A stretch of 64,000 nt of DNA, from positions 10,367 to 74,366 of the forward strand of contig CAZION010000006.1 in assembly GCA_964540865.1 (NCBI GenBank). The letters run 5' to 3'. Numbering within the stretch: position 1 is the stretch's first letter; each line of letters opens with the position of its first letter. Under the pieces are notes generated by a model that was given only the letters and a program-made list of their open reading frames with translations, was not told the origin of the DNA and did no database searches. This DNA is from an uncultured Victivallis sp. Its GTDB lineage: Bacteria > Verrucomicrobiota > Lentisphaeria > Victivallales > GWF2-50-93. Position numbers and translations under genes: made by a program. Of the stretch, positions 30,197 through 40,318 are shown in pieces.

Positions 30197-32785
30197 ATGG
30201 TTCGGATCTTGATTATGGATAAACTCAAAAAAAACTTTGCATTGTTCTCGGTCGGGCTTTTTGCGATTGCATCGCAGACTCTGCTGTTCCGTGAATTCTT
30301 AAGCGCGTTTGAGAGCAATGACATTGCAGTCGGGATGTTTTTCGGATCCTGGTTCCTGTGGATAGCGTTTTCGGCATGGCTAAGCGTCAAGTTCGGGAAC
30401 TGTTTTGCGAAATTCGCAGACTGGACTCCGCTGATCATCCTGTCATATCTTCCGGCCTTCATCCTCCAGTATCTTCTGATTTTTAACATGCGAAAGTACG
30501 CCGGTGTCGAGGTGTATGAGCTTTTTCCGATTTGGAAGATGATGTTTTGGTCGCTGCTGGTAAACGCGCCGCTGAGTTTTGTGACAGGTTTTGTCTTTCC
30601 GCTTGCCTGCAGATGGTTCAGGGAGGCCGGAAGACTGCCGGTGGCTGATGTATATGTTTTTGAGTCTGTGGGGAGTTTTGCCGGAGGCCTTGCGGTTACT
30701 TTAATGCTCGTGAGCGGATTCAACACGTTTCTGGTGTTCTTTGTCATAGCATTTATTCTATCATCCTCTTTTTATTTTCTCAGGTTGAGAAATTATCCAG
30801 GCTTAGCCATTCCTCTAATTCTGATTTCCTTCATGGTCTTAAGGGTTGACGTAAAGCTCATTGAATCGGTAAGGAGCCTCAAATGGACCAAGCTGCTTCC
30901 GTCCGAGTCGTACAATGGCTCGTTCCAGACGGCGCAGGCGGAATATCTTTACGGTTCCTGTAACGGTCAATGGACGGTTTGCCGCGAAGGAAGCGCATGT
31001 GAGATTATGCCGGATCCGGAAAGCGCCTGGAAAATAATCGCCGTTCATCTTGCGCAGAATCCCAGGGCGGAAAAAGTGCTGGTCGTAGGTTCTGGTATGA
31101 ACCTCTGCCGTGAGATTCTGCGAATTCCGCAGATCACGGATCTGACATGGGCTCATTATGACAATGGATATGTATCTGAAATAAACAAATACATGCCATG
31201 GAATTTAAGGATCGACGACAAGCGTTTCCATCCCCTTGGGAAAGGTGACATAAGGGAATTCCTCGCAAATAAGAAAAACCATTATGATATTGTGATTGTC
31301 AATGTCCCGGATGTTACAACATCGATCCTGAACAGATATTTCACTTTGGAATTCAATGAGCTTGTAAAAAATTCAATTGCTGCAAACGGTCTGCTTGGGA
31401 TAAGACTGAGCGGCGGAGAGAATGTTATCGGACCCGAACTGGCATTTATCGGGGCGTCGGCGATGACAACTTTGGAAAAGACGTTCTCACATGTTGTAGT
31501 TGTTCCCGGAGATACCACCTGGTTGCTTGTCTCGGATTCATCGGGGCTTGAAGGCGATCCGGGGGTTCTCGTAAAGCGATTTGCGTCAAACAGGCAAGCC
31601 GCAGCCTTCTTTCCGCCGGAAGGGCTTTTGTCACTATATCTCCCCGACAGGGCGGAAGCCGCACTCGGGAAATATCGATCAGTCAAAATTCCTGGGACAA
31701 CACTTCTGAACACTGACGCCAATCCTCCGGCGTATCTTTTTGGACTGCTTTTTTCAGCAAGACAGTCGGGATTAGGGTTGACAAGCTTCATTGAAAAACT
31801 CCTGGGCAGTGGGATTGTTCTTCCGGCAATGCCGCTTGCATTGTTCGTCTTGCTTCTGGCACTTTATGTACTAGGGAAACGGTGCGAGAGGAGAACGAGT
31901 GGGGCTGTTTTAAGTGTCTGGGTGATATTCGGTGCAGGATTTGTAAGCATAGGAACGGTTATTGCGCTCATGTATCTTTTTCAGACCTGCCTGGGCTCCC
32001 TATATCTTAACGTCGGAGTCGTTTCAGCGGTTTTCATGCTGGGGCTTTCGGTTGGCGGGGCGCTTGGTAGATATCTTTTTGACGGAATGAAAATAGAATC
32101 AGGACTTCTGCTGGATTTCGCCGTGATTATCCATGCAGCGGTGCTGTTTTTAATATTGTATATTCCGATATCGGAATGGACATACATTTATTTCATACTG
32201 GCTTTTGCCTTGAGCGGGACGTGCAGCGGGTTTTATTTCCCAGCAGCAGCGTTCTTCCTGCGGGAATCAGGATATGATGAACTCAACTCAGGCGGCATTC
32301 TTGAAACTTCCGATCATATAGGTGCTGCACTCGGTGCGTTTATTTGCGGTGTCCTTGTCATACCGGTCTGGGGTGTTGCAGGCACTTTGATTTTCTTCGT
32401 GATATTCATGTTGTCCGTCATACCGGTTTCACTTCTCTGCAGGCATGGAAGCGTCTTTGCCGGGAATGATGATGCAGTTTTGAAATACAGGCGCTCAGTA
32501 TATTTCATCCTTATTGTTTTATTCCTGCTTTTAATAGGATACTCCGTGTGTAAATCTTATAGTTTATTCAGCTTTGGAAGCGGGGAGCATCCGGAGACGA
32601 AACAGCTCAGGCTGCCCCCCCTCGAGGCAAAAGCGGTCAAGCCGGTTCCTGAAAAAATTCTCGCCGATGATGATAGAATTGCGTCAGGTTCGCCACGGGA
32701 TCTGAACCTGGACAAAGTCAAGAAAATGATCAAGACCGGAAAACTTTCAGATAAAGAAGCAGAATTCTACAGGAAGATTGAGTAG
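30197..32785 (+). CDS. Membrane protein with central spermidine-synthase-like SAM-binding domain (start 30197 or 30215)
   Basis: Multi-TM N- and C-blocks (QTLLFRE, ESVGSFAGG, DHIGAALG); VLVVGSG, YDIVIVNVPD, NRYFTLEF, NTDANP. Confidence 0.8.
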   Translation: MVRILIMDKLKKNFALFSVGLFAIASQTLLFREFLSAFESNDIAVGMFFGSWFLWIAFSAWLSVKFGNCFAKFADWTPLIILSYLPAFILQYLLIFNMRKYAGVEVYELFPIWKMMFWSLLVNAPLSFVTGFVFPLACRWFREAGRLPVADVYVFESVGSFAGGLAVTLMLVSGFNTFLVFFVIAFILSSSFYFLRLRNYPGLAIPLILISFMVLRVDVKLIESVRSLKWTKLLPSESYNGSFQTAQAEYLYGSCNGQWTVCREGSACEIMPDPESAWKIIAVHLAQNPRAEKVLVVGSGMNLCREILRIPQITDLTWAHYDNGYVSEINKYMPWNLRIDDKRFHPLGKGDIREFLANKKNHYDIVIVNVPDVTTSILNRYFTLEFNELVKNSIAANGLLGIRLSGGENVIGPELAFIGASAMTTLEKTFSHVVVVPGDTTWLLVSDSSGLEGDPGVLVKRFASNRQAAAFFPPEGLLSLYLPDRAEAALGKYRSVKIPGTTLLNTDANPPAYLFGLLFSARQSGLGLTSFIEKLLGSGIVLPAMPLALFVLLLALYVLGKRCERRTSGAVLSVWVIFGAGFVSIGTVIALMYLFQTCLGSLYLNVGVVSAVFMLGLSVGGALGRYLFDGMKIESGLLLDFAVIIHAAVLFLILYIPISEWTYIYFILAFALSGTCSGFYFPAAAFFLRESGYDELNSGGILETSDHIGAALGAFICGVLVIPVWGVAGTLIFFVIFMLSVIPVSLLCRHGSVFAGNDDAVLKYRRSVYFILIVLFLLLIGYSVCKSYSLFSFGSGEHPETKQLRLPPLEAKAVKPVPEKILADDDRIASGSPRDLNLDKVKKMIKTGKLSDKEAEFYRKIE

Positions 32786-32895
32786 TTTATTATATAAAAA
32801 TCAAACAATCATGTAGCAAAATGAAATACATGTAGTATATTCTCAATTAAATACATGCTGAATTAGTTTTTGAGTTTATATAAAGGAACTAGGAA

Positions 32896-33531
32896 ATGTC
32901 TATTTCCGTATATTTGATAGACGATCACCGTGCTCTTCTTGACGCGCTTAAGGTGGTTTTTAAGAGCCATAGTGGGATTTCCATTGTTGGCGAATCAACG
33001 AGCGCGAAGAACTGTTTGGATGAGCTTTTACAATTGAATCCTGATGTTGTGACGCTTGATCTTTTCATGGAAAATGAGAATGGAATTGATTTCCTTAAGG
33101 AGTTGAAGAGAAGGGGCTTGAGCTTTAAAACTGTTGTTTTTACCGGTTCCTCTGATGGTGGCCATGTTTCTGACTGTTTCAAGCACGGGGCTCTAGGGTA
33201 TGTTCTCAAAGGTGGTGGCATAAATGAGCTGGCGGATGCTGTGATTGCTGCGGGGAAGGGCAATTATTATTTGAGCGAACGTGTCGGGAAAGTATTTTTT
33301 AATCAAGTGGATTTCATTGAAAAACACCCTGATAAAAAGGAAACTGAAGAGCTTAGCCAGAGGGAAAAGGAAGTTCTCCAACTTACTAGCAAAGGCAAAT
33401 CTTGTTCAGAAATAGCTAAAACCTTAAAACTCGAACTTTCAAGCGTCTACACTTATCGCAACCGTCTAATTAATAAACTCGGAGTGAGAAACACAACTGA
33501 ATTGATTGCCTCCGTGGTCAAAGCAAGTTGA
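32896..33531 (+). CDS. NarL/LuxR family response regulator (no kinase adjacent)
   Basis: LIDDH, TLDL, GYVLK; LSQREKEVL...VYTYRNRLINKLG HTH. Confidence 0.92.
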   Translation: MSISVYLIDDHRALLDALKVVFKSHSGISIVGESTSAKNCLDELLQLNPDVVTLDLFMENENGIDFLKELKRRGLSFKTVVFTGSSDGGHVSDCFKHGALGYVLKGGGINELADAVIAAGKGNYYLSERVGKVFFNQVDFIEKHPDKKETEELSQREKEVLQLTSKGKSCSEIAKTLKLELSSVYTYRNRLINKLGVRNTTELIASVVKAS

Positions 33532-33652
33532 ACATCATTTTGAGCTTCCAGAGCTGAAAATCACCCTTTCATCCGTTGGGTGAAAGTATGCTTCACCATA
33601 AGTCTCTGTTTTTTAGCGACATATGTATCTTTCAGTCTTTCAACTGTTGTGA

Positions 33653-34915
33653 TTAGGGGCATGGAAGTTGTTTAAGGATTTGAGCCATGGTGCTTTTTGA
33701 GCAGAGCGACTTTGTCATTTTCCTGACATGCCTTATTGCGAAGAATGGAGATCTTGAAAAGGTGTGATCGATAAGGGATAGTGCTTCTGCGACATCTTCC
33801 TTGCCTATGTTTTTTCGTTTATCAGATTTTGCGAGAAGCGCAGAAAGATATGCCAACGCAGGATATGTTATAAGCAGATGCTGCATTCCCTCCTCAAAAG
33901 ACAGGTTGAGGCATGGATATCCGCAGAAATGAAGTGAATCAAGTTTTGACCCGAGGTAATTCCAGTATAGGTCAAGTGCATTTTCATCCCATTCCATGCC
34001 TTTGACCGCTTCCAGCGGATCGCAGCTCGAAGTGTCGGGCAGGTGTCCGCTTATTTTGTTCAGGGAGCCAGAGCCAAGGGAGAATTTTAGGATTGATTTA
34101 ACCCTTGACAACCTTGCGACCGGCAGGAATTTCAGTGCGCTTTCCTCGTCCGACCTTATAAAACCGCTCAGGATGTATCTGAGCACCATTCTCTGATGAA
34201 AATTCAGGGTGACGGCTTCAGATATTATGGTTTCTAGAGTCGGAATGCTCCTCTTAACAAGTTCTATGGCGTCCCGGCTGAAGAAATCGCCGGCATCTGT
34301 AATGTCGCTTGAATTTTCGGGTCTTGAATGAAATTCTATAAGGTTTGCTGCTGCGAAAATCTTTATGCCCGGACTGAATCTGGTGTCAAGAATGAAGTTC
34401 TTGTATGCCGCCGCAACTGTTCTTATGTTTTTCAGTCCGATTTTCAGCTTCGGGTTGTATTCGGCGCTTGCGAATTTCCTTTTACGGCTCAGCTCTTTTG
34501 CAATGGATGTGATATCATGGGCTAGGGCAGTTATCTTTTTCCCGTTTTGCGATGCAACGGCCGGACAATCATATCTGAGCGAGGCTGTGGTGACGTTATC
34601 CTGCCAGTTGAATATATCGAGCGGATAAGTCCTGCATGCCAGTGGTTTTGCCTTTTCGCCATGGTGCTTATGGATTAGGCAGAGCTTGTCGCTGCCGAGG
34701 AATACGCAGTGCTTGCCTTTTTTTGCAATATGGAAAATCCCCTTGAGCCTCCCGCTTTTTGTGAAATACTTGTTGTCCTTGGACGCAATGCCTGGAATAT
34801 TGAGTTTTTCTATTTTATCTTTTTCGTCCTGAGTTATAGGAACTTCCCAGGCTCCGCAGCACTTCCCGCAGTTTATGCAGGAGAAATATTGGTTTTGGAA
34901 GAATTTTAATGACAT
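33653..34915 (-). CDS. YkgJ/FliB-like CxxCxxCC cysteine-cluster protein
   Basis: CINCGKCC, CVFL...CLIH, KPLACRTYP, CP. Confidence 0.8.
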   Translation of the reverse strand: MSLKFFQNQYFSCINCGKCCGAWEVPITQDEKDKIEKLNIPGIASKDNKYFTKSGRLKGIFHIAKKGKHCVFLGSDKLCLIHKHHGEKAKPLACRTYPLDIFNWQDNVTTASLRYDCPAVASQNGKKITALAHDITSIAKELSRKRKFASAEYNPKLKIGLKNIRTVAAAYKNFILDTRFSPGIKIFAAANLIEFHSRPENSSDITDAGDFFSRDAIELVKRSIPTLETIISEAVTLNFHQRMVLRYILSGFIRSDEESALKFLPVARLSRVKSILKFSLGSGSLNKISGHLPDTSSCDPLEAVKGMEWDENALDLYWNYLGSKLDSLHFCGYPCLNLSFEEGMQHLLITYPALAYLSALLAKSDKRKNIGKEDVAEALSLIDHTFSRSPFFAIRHVRKMTKSLCSKSTMAQILKQLPCP

Positions 34916-34927
34916 GGTTTTATAGAA

Positions 34928-35833
34928 TCAGGCTTTCGGGCGGGCGGCTATTTTAATCACCATGGTTCCACTTAAGATTTCATGAAGGGAGCGTTTGTAC
35001 GGGTTGAAAAACACTATCAGTGGAGAAACTGCCCCGAGGATGATCATGAGTACGGTGAAAAGGTAGGCTCTGCCGAAAAGAACTTCCCCCAGATCTGTTT
35101 TTGCGAGCATTATTCCCCAGAACCACATCCCGAAAGTCTGGGCGAACAACCCCAGGCTTAGGCCATAATAGAGAAGGAGGAATACAAACATTATGTAGAA
35201 TGCTCTGTTGAATGCGGAATTCACTTCAGCTATCGATTCTGGAGTCGGAGATGCAGTCACCTGCGCCGTGGCTTTGTTGTCTGCGCCTAGAGAAGCCTGG
35301 AGTGTGGTTTTTTCGATGGACGGTTTGGCTGATACCGTTTCCGGTGTTTGAGCGGTTGATGCCGTTGAATCTTCAGTGACTGCCGGTTCATTCTGGACAG
35401 GCTTTTCGGGATGTTTGAACGAAGCGGAGAAATGCAACATTAGAAAAATGGCAAACCCACCGATTACAAGCAGGTCGAATGCGAATGCGGAAATACGGAG
35501 GGACACTGATGCGGGATCGTGAAGGTATTTGTTTTTAAAAGAGGATGCCCATGGGGACAGTACCTCTTTTTTCACCTTTGCCCCTGAGAAAAGGATATTG
35601 AGGTGTTCTGAAAATTTCTTGAAAGCGTTCTTCTCCTTCTCCTCCCTTGTCCCTTGGACAGCAAATGCAGGGCTCAGGAAATCAAGGTCGGATGCCTTGT
35701 TCCATTTCTTTATAAGGACATTGCGGACCGGAGTGTGCGGGACAACCCTTCCGCTCTCAGTCCATTTACGCAGCGTTTCCTCATCTATAGGCCCATATTC
35801 CCTGCCGTCTTCCCCGCGAATAATATATTTCAT
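34928..35833 (-). CDS. RDD family membrane protein with N-terminal GYF_2-like domain
   Basis: DGREYGPIDEETLRKWTESGRV; RISAFAFD, QTFGM, RSLHEILSGT. Confidence 0.75.
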   Translation of the reverse strand: MKYIIRGEDGREYGPIDEETLRKWTESGRVVPHTPVRNVLIKKWNKASDLDFLSPAFAVQGTREEKEKNAFKKFSEHLNILFSGAKVKKEVLSPWASSFKNKYLHDPASVSLRISAFAFDLLVIGGFAIFLMLHFSASFKHPEKPVQNEPAVTEDSTASTAQTPETVSAKPSIEKTTLQASLGADNKATAQVTASPTPESIAEVNSAFNRAFYIMFVFLLLYYGLSLGLFAQTFGMWFWGIMLAKTDLGEVLFGRAYLFTVLMIILGAVSPLIVFFNPYKRSLHEILSGTMVIKIAARPKA

Positions 35834-35964
35834 AGAAAACCGCTCCGTAAGTTATGATAATTCCTGATAACGTATATTATTTCATTATACATTTCAATAT
35901 TTTCTGATAAATTACTCGGCTTATCCGCCATCTTGTTTGATGGCTCTGTAACAAAGGTGGCATA

Positions 35965-36669
35965 TTGGACTCTGACGGGCAAAACAGTTTTTCCGCCGCT
36001 GGCGGAATGAATTTGGACCATGGCGTTCATGAAAGAGGTGAACCGATCAGGACCCTTGAGTTTTTCAGGGCCCTGGATATAACTATCGCCGGGATAATAT
36101 CTCTCGCCTGTCTTTTGAACTTCAAATACCTTACAGACATCCTGCCTATCCCTTTCATACAATATATATATATATTACCTGTCCTGCTGATCTTTATGGG
36201 AGTCCTGAGTTTTCCGGCAAGCGGATTCAAGCTTTTTCAATACGGTAAAGCGCATGAACGCCTTATATGGTCGGCTTCAGCGCTGCTTTTCCTTTCACCT
36301 TTCCTTAACTGGTGGATGCAGTATACCGACAGCTCTTATCTTCTTTATAATTTCCTGTTCTTATGCATGATGTCTTCAGTCTTTCTAGTGTATCTTTCAA
36401 ATATGGCGCATGCAATATCAAAAGAGGATAATATGATCTGGATGTGCCGCCTTTCCAGGATAACGCGTTTTTCAGTCCTCTATCTTATGCTTGCACCGGT
36501 GCTTGCCCTTTTTGTGACCGTATTTTTTGGAAAAAGTTCAGGACGGGATATATTGTGGTTTTTCATCCGGCTTGAGAAATGGAAACTCCTCCTTTTCTTT
36601 TTTCCGGTTGTTCTGTCGTTAATCGTCCTCATACAATTAAGATTTGAAAAATACAGGAACCTCAAATGA
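35965..36669 (+). CDS. Hypothetical membrane protein (start uncertain)
   Basis: Several hydrophobic segments; stop overlaps the next start. Confidence 0.6.
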   Translation: MDSDGQNSFSAAGGMNLDHGVHERGEPIRTLEFFRALDITIAGIISLACLLNFKYLTDILPIPFIQYIYILPVLLIFMGVLSFPASGFKLFQYGKAHERLIWSASALLFLSPFLNWWMQYTDSSYLLYNFLFLCMMSSVFLVYLSNMAHAISKEDNMIWMCRLSRITRFSVLYLMLAPVLALFVTVFFGKSSGRDILWFFIRLEKWKLLLFFFPVVLSLIVLIQLRFEKYRNLK

Positions 36670-38453
36670 ATCTTGGAAAGATATTTGTTTTCATCCCGCT
36701 GCTTCTGCCTGTCTGGGAGAAGGTGCCTTTTGACAACTTGAACACCGAGGTGCCCGGGGCGCCATTCTATGCCGATTCTGCCGCAATTAGATTGCAGGCG
36801 GACTATTATTCAAAAAGCAAGGATGCTCGGATCAATTCCAGAATCGCTGTCAGTCTCGCACTTTCAAACAATCCTGTAGCTGTTGAAGTGCTTGAGGGAT
36901 TGTTGCAGAATGAGAGGAATGCTCTTGTCCAGGCTGATATTCTTTCGGCGCTTTACAATATGAGGAGTATCGGCAACTGCAAAAATACTTCACTCTTGAA
37001 AGGCCTTTTAAAGTCGCGGAACGCATCGGCAAGGGCCTTTGCAGCCGCACTGTATATGAGGGCGTCGAACGATGTTGCCCCGGTCTGTGAAATGCTTGCG
37101 GCCGAAAATTCTGAATTCGTCATAAACTTCATCTGGCCCGAAATCGCATCAGGTATTGACTTATGCAGGAATACACGCGATTCCGATATTGATAAATTCC
37201 TGGATTCGGAAAGTCCTTGTCAGCGTGCAGGAGCTGTGAGAGTGGCTGTCATGAAAAGCCAAGATCCGGACGGGGAGCCCAGGCTCAATAAGATACTTTC
37301 AGACAGGGACATCATGGTGAGATACGCATTGGCTTTGGCTCTGGCGCTGAAAGAGAAAGGCGGGGATTCGCTTTTAAAAGTTCTTGCCGACGACAAGGAA
37401 GCCTCGATTCGTGCCATGGCCGCCTCCGCCTGCCCATGCGATGGAAGGCTTCATACTCATGTGAAGCTTTCATCGGATTCAGATGAGGAAGTCCGCAGAC
37501 TCGCATGCGTGTCGCTAGGGTCTTATAAAAACATGGATTCAATCAATGCGCTCCTCCCCAGGATAGGGGACGTTGCAAAGCAGGTTAGGGATGCGGCCGA
37601 ACTCGCGCTGGTGAAAATTAATCCCGACAAGGATGTCCAGAAGAGAATAGGCGATGAATGTTTGAATTCAAAAGAGAGCAGGGCGGCTGCAGTTGCCATT
37701 CTCGGGGAGCTGAATGATGCCAGATTTTCACCTGAGATCCTGAAACTGCTTGAAAGCGCTGATGACAAGGAGTCTGACCTCATCAGAAGATGTGTGACAT
37801 CCCTTCGTAACCTTGACTACCGCGAATCCTGTAATGCGGTGATGAAAAAGGCCTCCCACAGCGATGCGGGAGTCAGGGAGGCTGTGGCTTCAGCCCTTGG
37901 AAAATTCAAAATGAAGGAATCATATGAAACAATACTTAAATTAAGCGATGACAAAGCTGTTCCGGTATCAGCGCAGGCTATTGAATCCATGGGATGGACG
38001 GCTGATCCCTTCTTCAGTGACAAACTCCTTGCTGTAATCAAGAAAACGGTTGGGGAATATCCGGCCGAAAACAGGTCATACGCCTGCTGGTCAATAGCGA
38101 AAATAAACTCACCGAGCAAGCAGACTCTCGCTCAGCTGAATGATCTGTGCATGAAAACTGTTTTAACTGTGCCGATGTCGCCTAACACTTTTGATATGGA
38201 TTTTGTGCGGATATCGGCTTTGTTTGCCTTTGTAGATATGGGGCGCACAAATCCGGCAGCCAAGAAAATGGCTGAAGATGTAATTGCGGCTTTTATGAGC
38301 GAAGGCAAGTCCGCAGATCAGGCAATTGCCGGAGACACCCTGAAGGAATATGCTAGGCAGGCGAAGGCTTATATGGAAAATGAAAATATTTCTCCGGTAG
38401 AAGTCAAGCCTGTGGCACCAAACTTTTTACTGGAGGAGATGAAGAAAAAATGA
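36666..38453 (+). CDS. HEAT-repeat protein
   Basis: Recurring VRxxAxxALG-type repeats. Confidence 0.8.
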   Translation: MNLGKIFVFIPLLLPVWEKVPFDNLNTEVPGAPFYADSAAIRLQADYYSKSKDARINSRIAVSLALSNNPVAVEVLEGLLQNERNALVQADILSALYNMRSIGNCKNTSLLKGLLKSRNASARAFAAALYMRASNDVAPVCEMLAAENSEFVINFIWPEIASGIDLCRNTRDSDIDKFLDSESPCQRAGAVRVAVMKSQDPDGEPRLNKILSDRDIMVRYALALALALKEKGGDSLLKVLADDKEASIRAMAASACPCDGRLHTHVKLSSDSDEEVRRLACVSLGSYKNMDSINALLPRIGDVAKQVRDAAELALVKINPDKDVQKRIGDECLNSKESRAAAVAILGELNDARFSPEILKLLESADDKESDLIRRCVTSLRNLDYRESCNAVMKKASHSDAGVREAVASALGKFKMKESYETILKLSDDKAVPVSAQAIESMGWTADPFFSDKLLAVIKKTVGEYPAENRSYACWSIAKINSPSKQTLAQLNDLCMKTVLTVPMSPNTFDMDFVRISALFAFVDMGRTNPAAKKMAEDVIAAFMSEGKSADQAIAGDTLKEYARQAKAYMENENISPVEVKPVAPNFLLEEMKKK

Positions 38454-39178
38454 GTTGCGTGAAAAAGGAAACTGAGCTTATTGTCGCGCTTGATTTTGAA
38501 AAACTTCAAAGCGCCCTGGATTTTGTAGAGACCGCCGGTGATTCGGTGACATGGTATAAGATCGGAAGCCAGCTGTTCTGCAGTGCCGGGCCGGCTGCCG
38601 TTGCTGCGCTCAAAGGGAAGGGTAAAAAGGTTTTTCTGGATCTGAAGTTCCATGATATCCCGAACACTGTCGCAAGCGCCGTAGCCGAGGCTGTGAAACT
38701 CGGTGCAGACATGGTGAACGTCCATGCATCCGGCGGAAAGGAAATGATGAAGGCGGCAGTCAAGGCGGCATCCGACAGTTCATCCGCCGGGAAACGGCCA
38801 CTCCTTATTGCTGTAACAGTTCTCACAAGCATGGATGAGTCTGCCCTGACGGAGGTGATGAACCGCAGCGACGTATATACGCCTTCTGTTCACGTCCCAC
38901 ATCTTGCGAAACTCGCAAAAGAAAGCGGCATGGACGGTGTTGTAGCTTCCGCCCATGAGATTGATTTGATACGTAGGACATGTGGCGATGACTTTGTGCT
39001 TGTCATTCCGGGCATTCGTCCTGCCGATAGCAGCACTGATGACCAGAAGAGAATAATGACTCCCGCTGAAGCCGCAAGGAAAGGTGCGGATTTCATTGTG
39101 GTCGGACGCCCAGTCCTGAAGGCTAAAAATCCCGCTGAAGCCGCCCGTGCTATCAAGGCCGAAATGGTTGGCTTATAG
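38450..39178 (+). CDS. pyrF: Orotidine-5'-phosphate decarboxylase
   Basis: LIVALD, FLDLKFHDIPNTV, VTVLTS, PGIRP, DDQKR, VVGRP. Confidence 0.96.
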   Translation: MSCVKKETELIVALDFEKLQSALDFVETAGDSVTWYKIGSQLFCSAGPAAVAALKGKGKKVFLDLKFHDIPNTVASAVAEAVKLGADMVNVHASGGKEMMKAAVKAASDSSSAGKRPLLIAVTVLTSMDESALTEVMNRSDVYTPSVHVPHLAKLAKESGMDGVVASAHEIDLIRRTCGDDFVLVIPGIRPADSSTDDQKRIMTPAEAARKGADFIVVGRPVLKAKNPAEAARAIKAEMVGL

Positions 39179-39277
39179 CTGATGGTTGTGAACTGATGAC
39201 TGAAAGTTTCAGTCATTATTTTTCAATCACCGCTTGATTAATTGATGATGGTTGTTTAAAATATAGGCCTGCAAAAT

Positions 39278-39351
39278 TGCCCCGTGGTGTAATGGTAGCA
39301 CAACTGATTCTGGATCAGTTTGTCTTGGTTCAAATCCAGGCGGGGCAGCCA
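39278..39351 (+). tRNA. tRNA-Gln(CTG)
   Basis: Acceptor TGCCCCG/CGGGGCA, anticodon arm ACTGA-TTCTGGA-TCAGT, GGTTCAAATCC T-arm, encoded CCA. Confidence 0.95.
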
Positions 39352-39601
39352 CTCGAAATCAGCCTCATTTCTACAGGATATCCCCTTCTTGAAAACTCCT
39401 GCATTGTCGATTTGCCAAAGAACTTACTGTAGCGCCCGTACACAAAAACAATTTTTTGTGGGATTGATTCCATCAAGATCACCCAGGCTTAAAAAAAATG
39501 ATCACTGTAAGATTGACTTGCTGCCGATGCTGTTGAATTTCAGTCTTTTACGGTGCCGACCGGTAGGGCCGCGGACGAAGAGCCGCATGAAGAAGAGGAA
39601 T

Positions 39602-40057
39602 TTAGTCAGTTTCAGATCGGTTGAATTGAACCATTCGCTGGTATGAATTTGGTCCTGAGTAGTTCTTCAGCATCTCTTTCAGTCGGGCAAATCCCTGGGC
39701 AACTGTCTTTTCATCCTTGGCATTGAACCAGCCCTGCGCCTGATAGATTGCCGCGAAAACCGCCGCAGAGGAGGTGGGATGCTGGGTAATGATTTCTTCA
39801 TATGTCCTGTTGAAGTCAATACCCTCGCCCGCAGGATATACGCCTGGGCGCATTTGCAGAGTCTGGGCGGCACGGGCGTAGGCGAGACCTGCTTCGATGC
39901 ACATTTCCGTTTTCATGTTCTTGTCATCGTAAATCTGCTTGAGCTCCGACATAAATGCCGACTGCCGACAAAAAAACAGTATGCATCCTGACTCTTGTCC
40001 AGCTGCAGGCAGGTCGACCCCATGTAACCACAGCGTGTTATCGCAGCTCTGTCGCAC
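39602..40057 (-). pseudogene. Probable fragment of a helical/TPR-like protein
   Basis: Protein-like core (YEEIITQHPTSSAAVFAAIYQAQGW) without a convincing start or end. Confidence 0.35.
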
Positions 40058-40318
40058 ATCCTGACAGCGAAACGCCTTGCCTCCGATATTGATTTCAGGG
40101 AAAGCTCCTTGTCCTGGTCGGGTAGCTTGGATAGCTATAAGTGCCGCGCCAAATATGGGACTCTGAGCTTTGAGTGATTTGACTGTGGATGTGCTGGAGT
40201 TATATGACTTGACAGGTTTTCAATGTGTTCAAGTTATTCCTATCTGCTGATTTCGTCAGTGGAGTGGCATATACTTTTCCAGGAAAACAATAAATACAAG
40301 AGGCGAATTCTAAAAAAA

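Noticed and set aside
32810..32857. catgtag/aaatacatg repeats upstream of the NarL-type regulator
   Set aside because: A plausible binding site, but the spacing is irregular and too short to support a call.
39176..39216. Heptamer tract at the pyrF stop codon
   Set aside because: The periodicity is weak and equally explained by the hairpin atgactgaaa-g-tttcagtcat; not counted.
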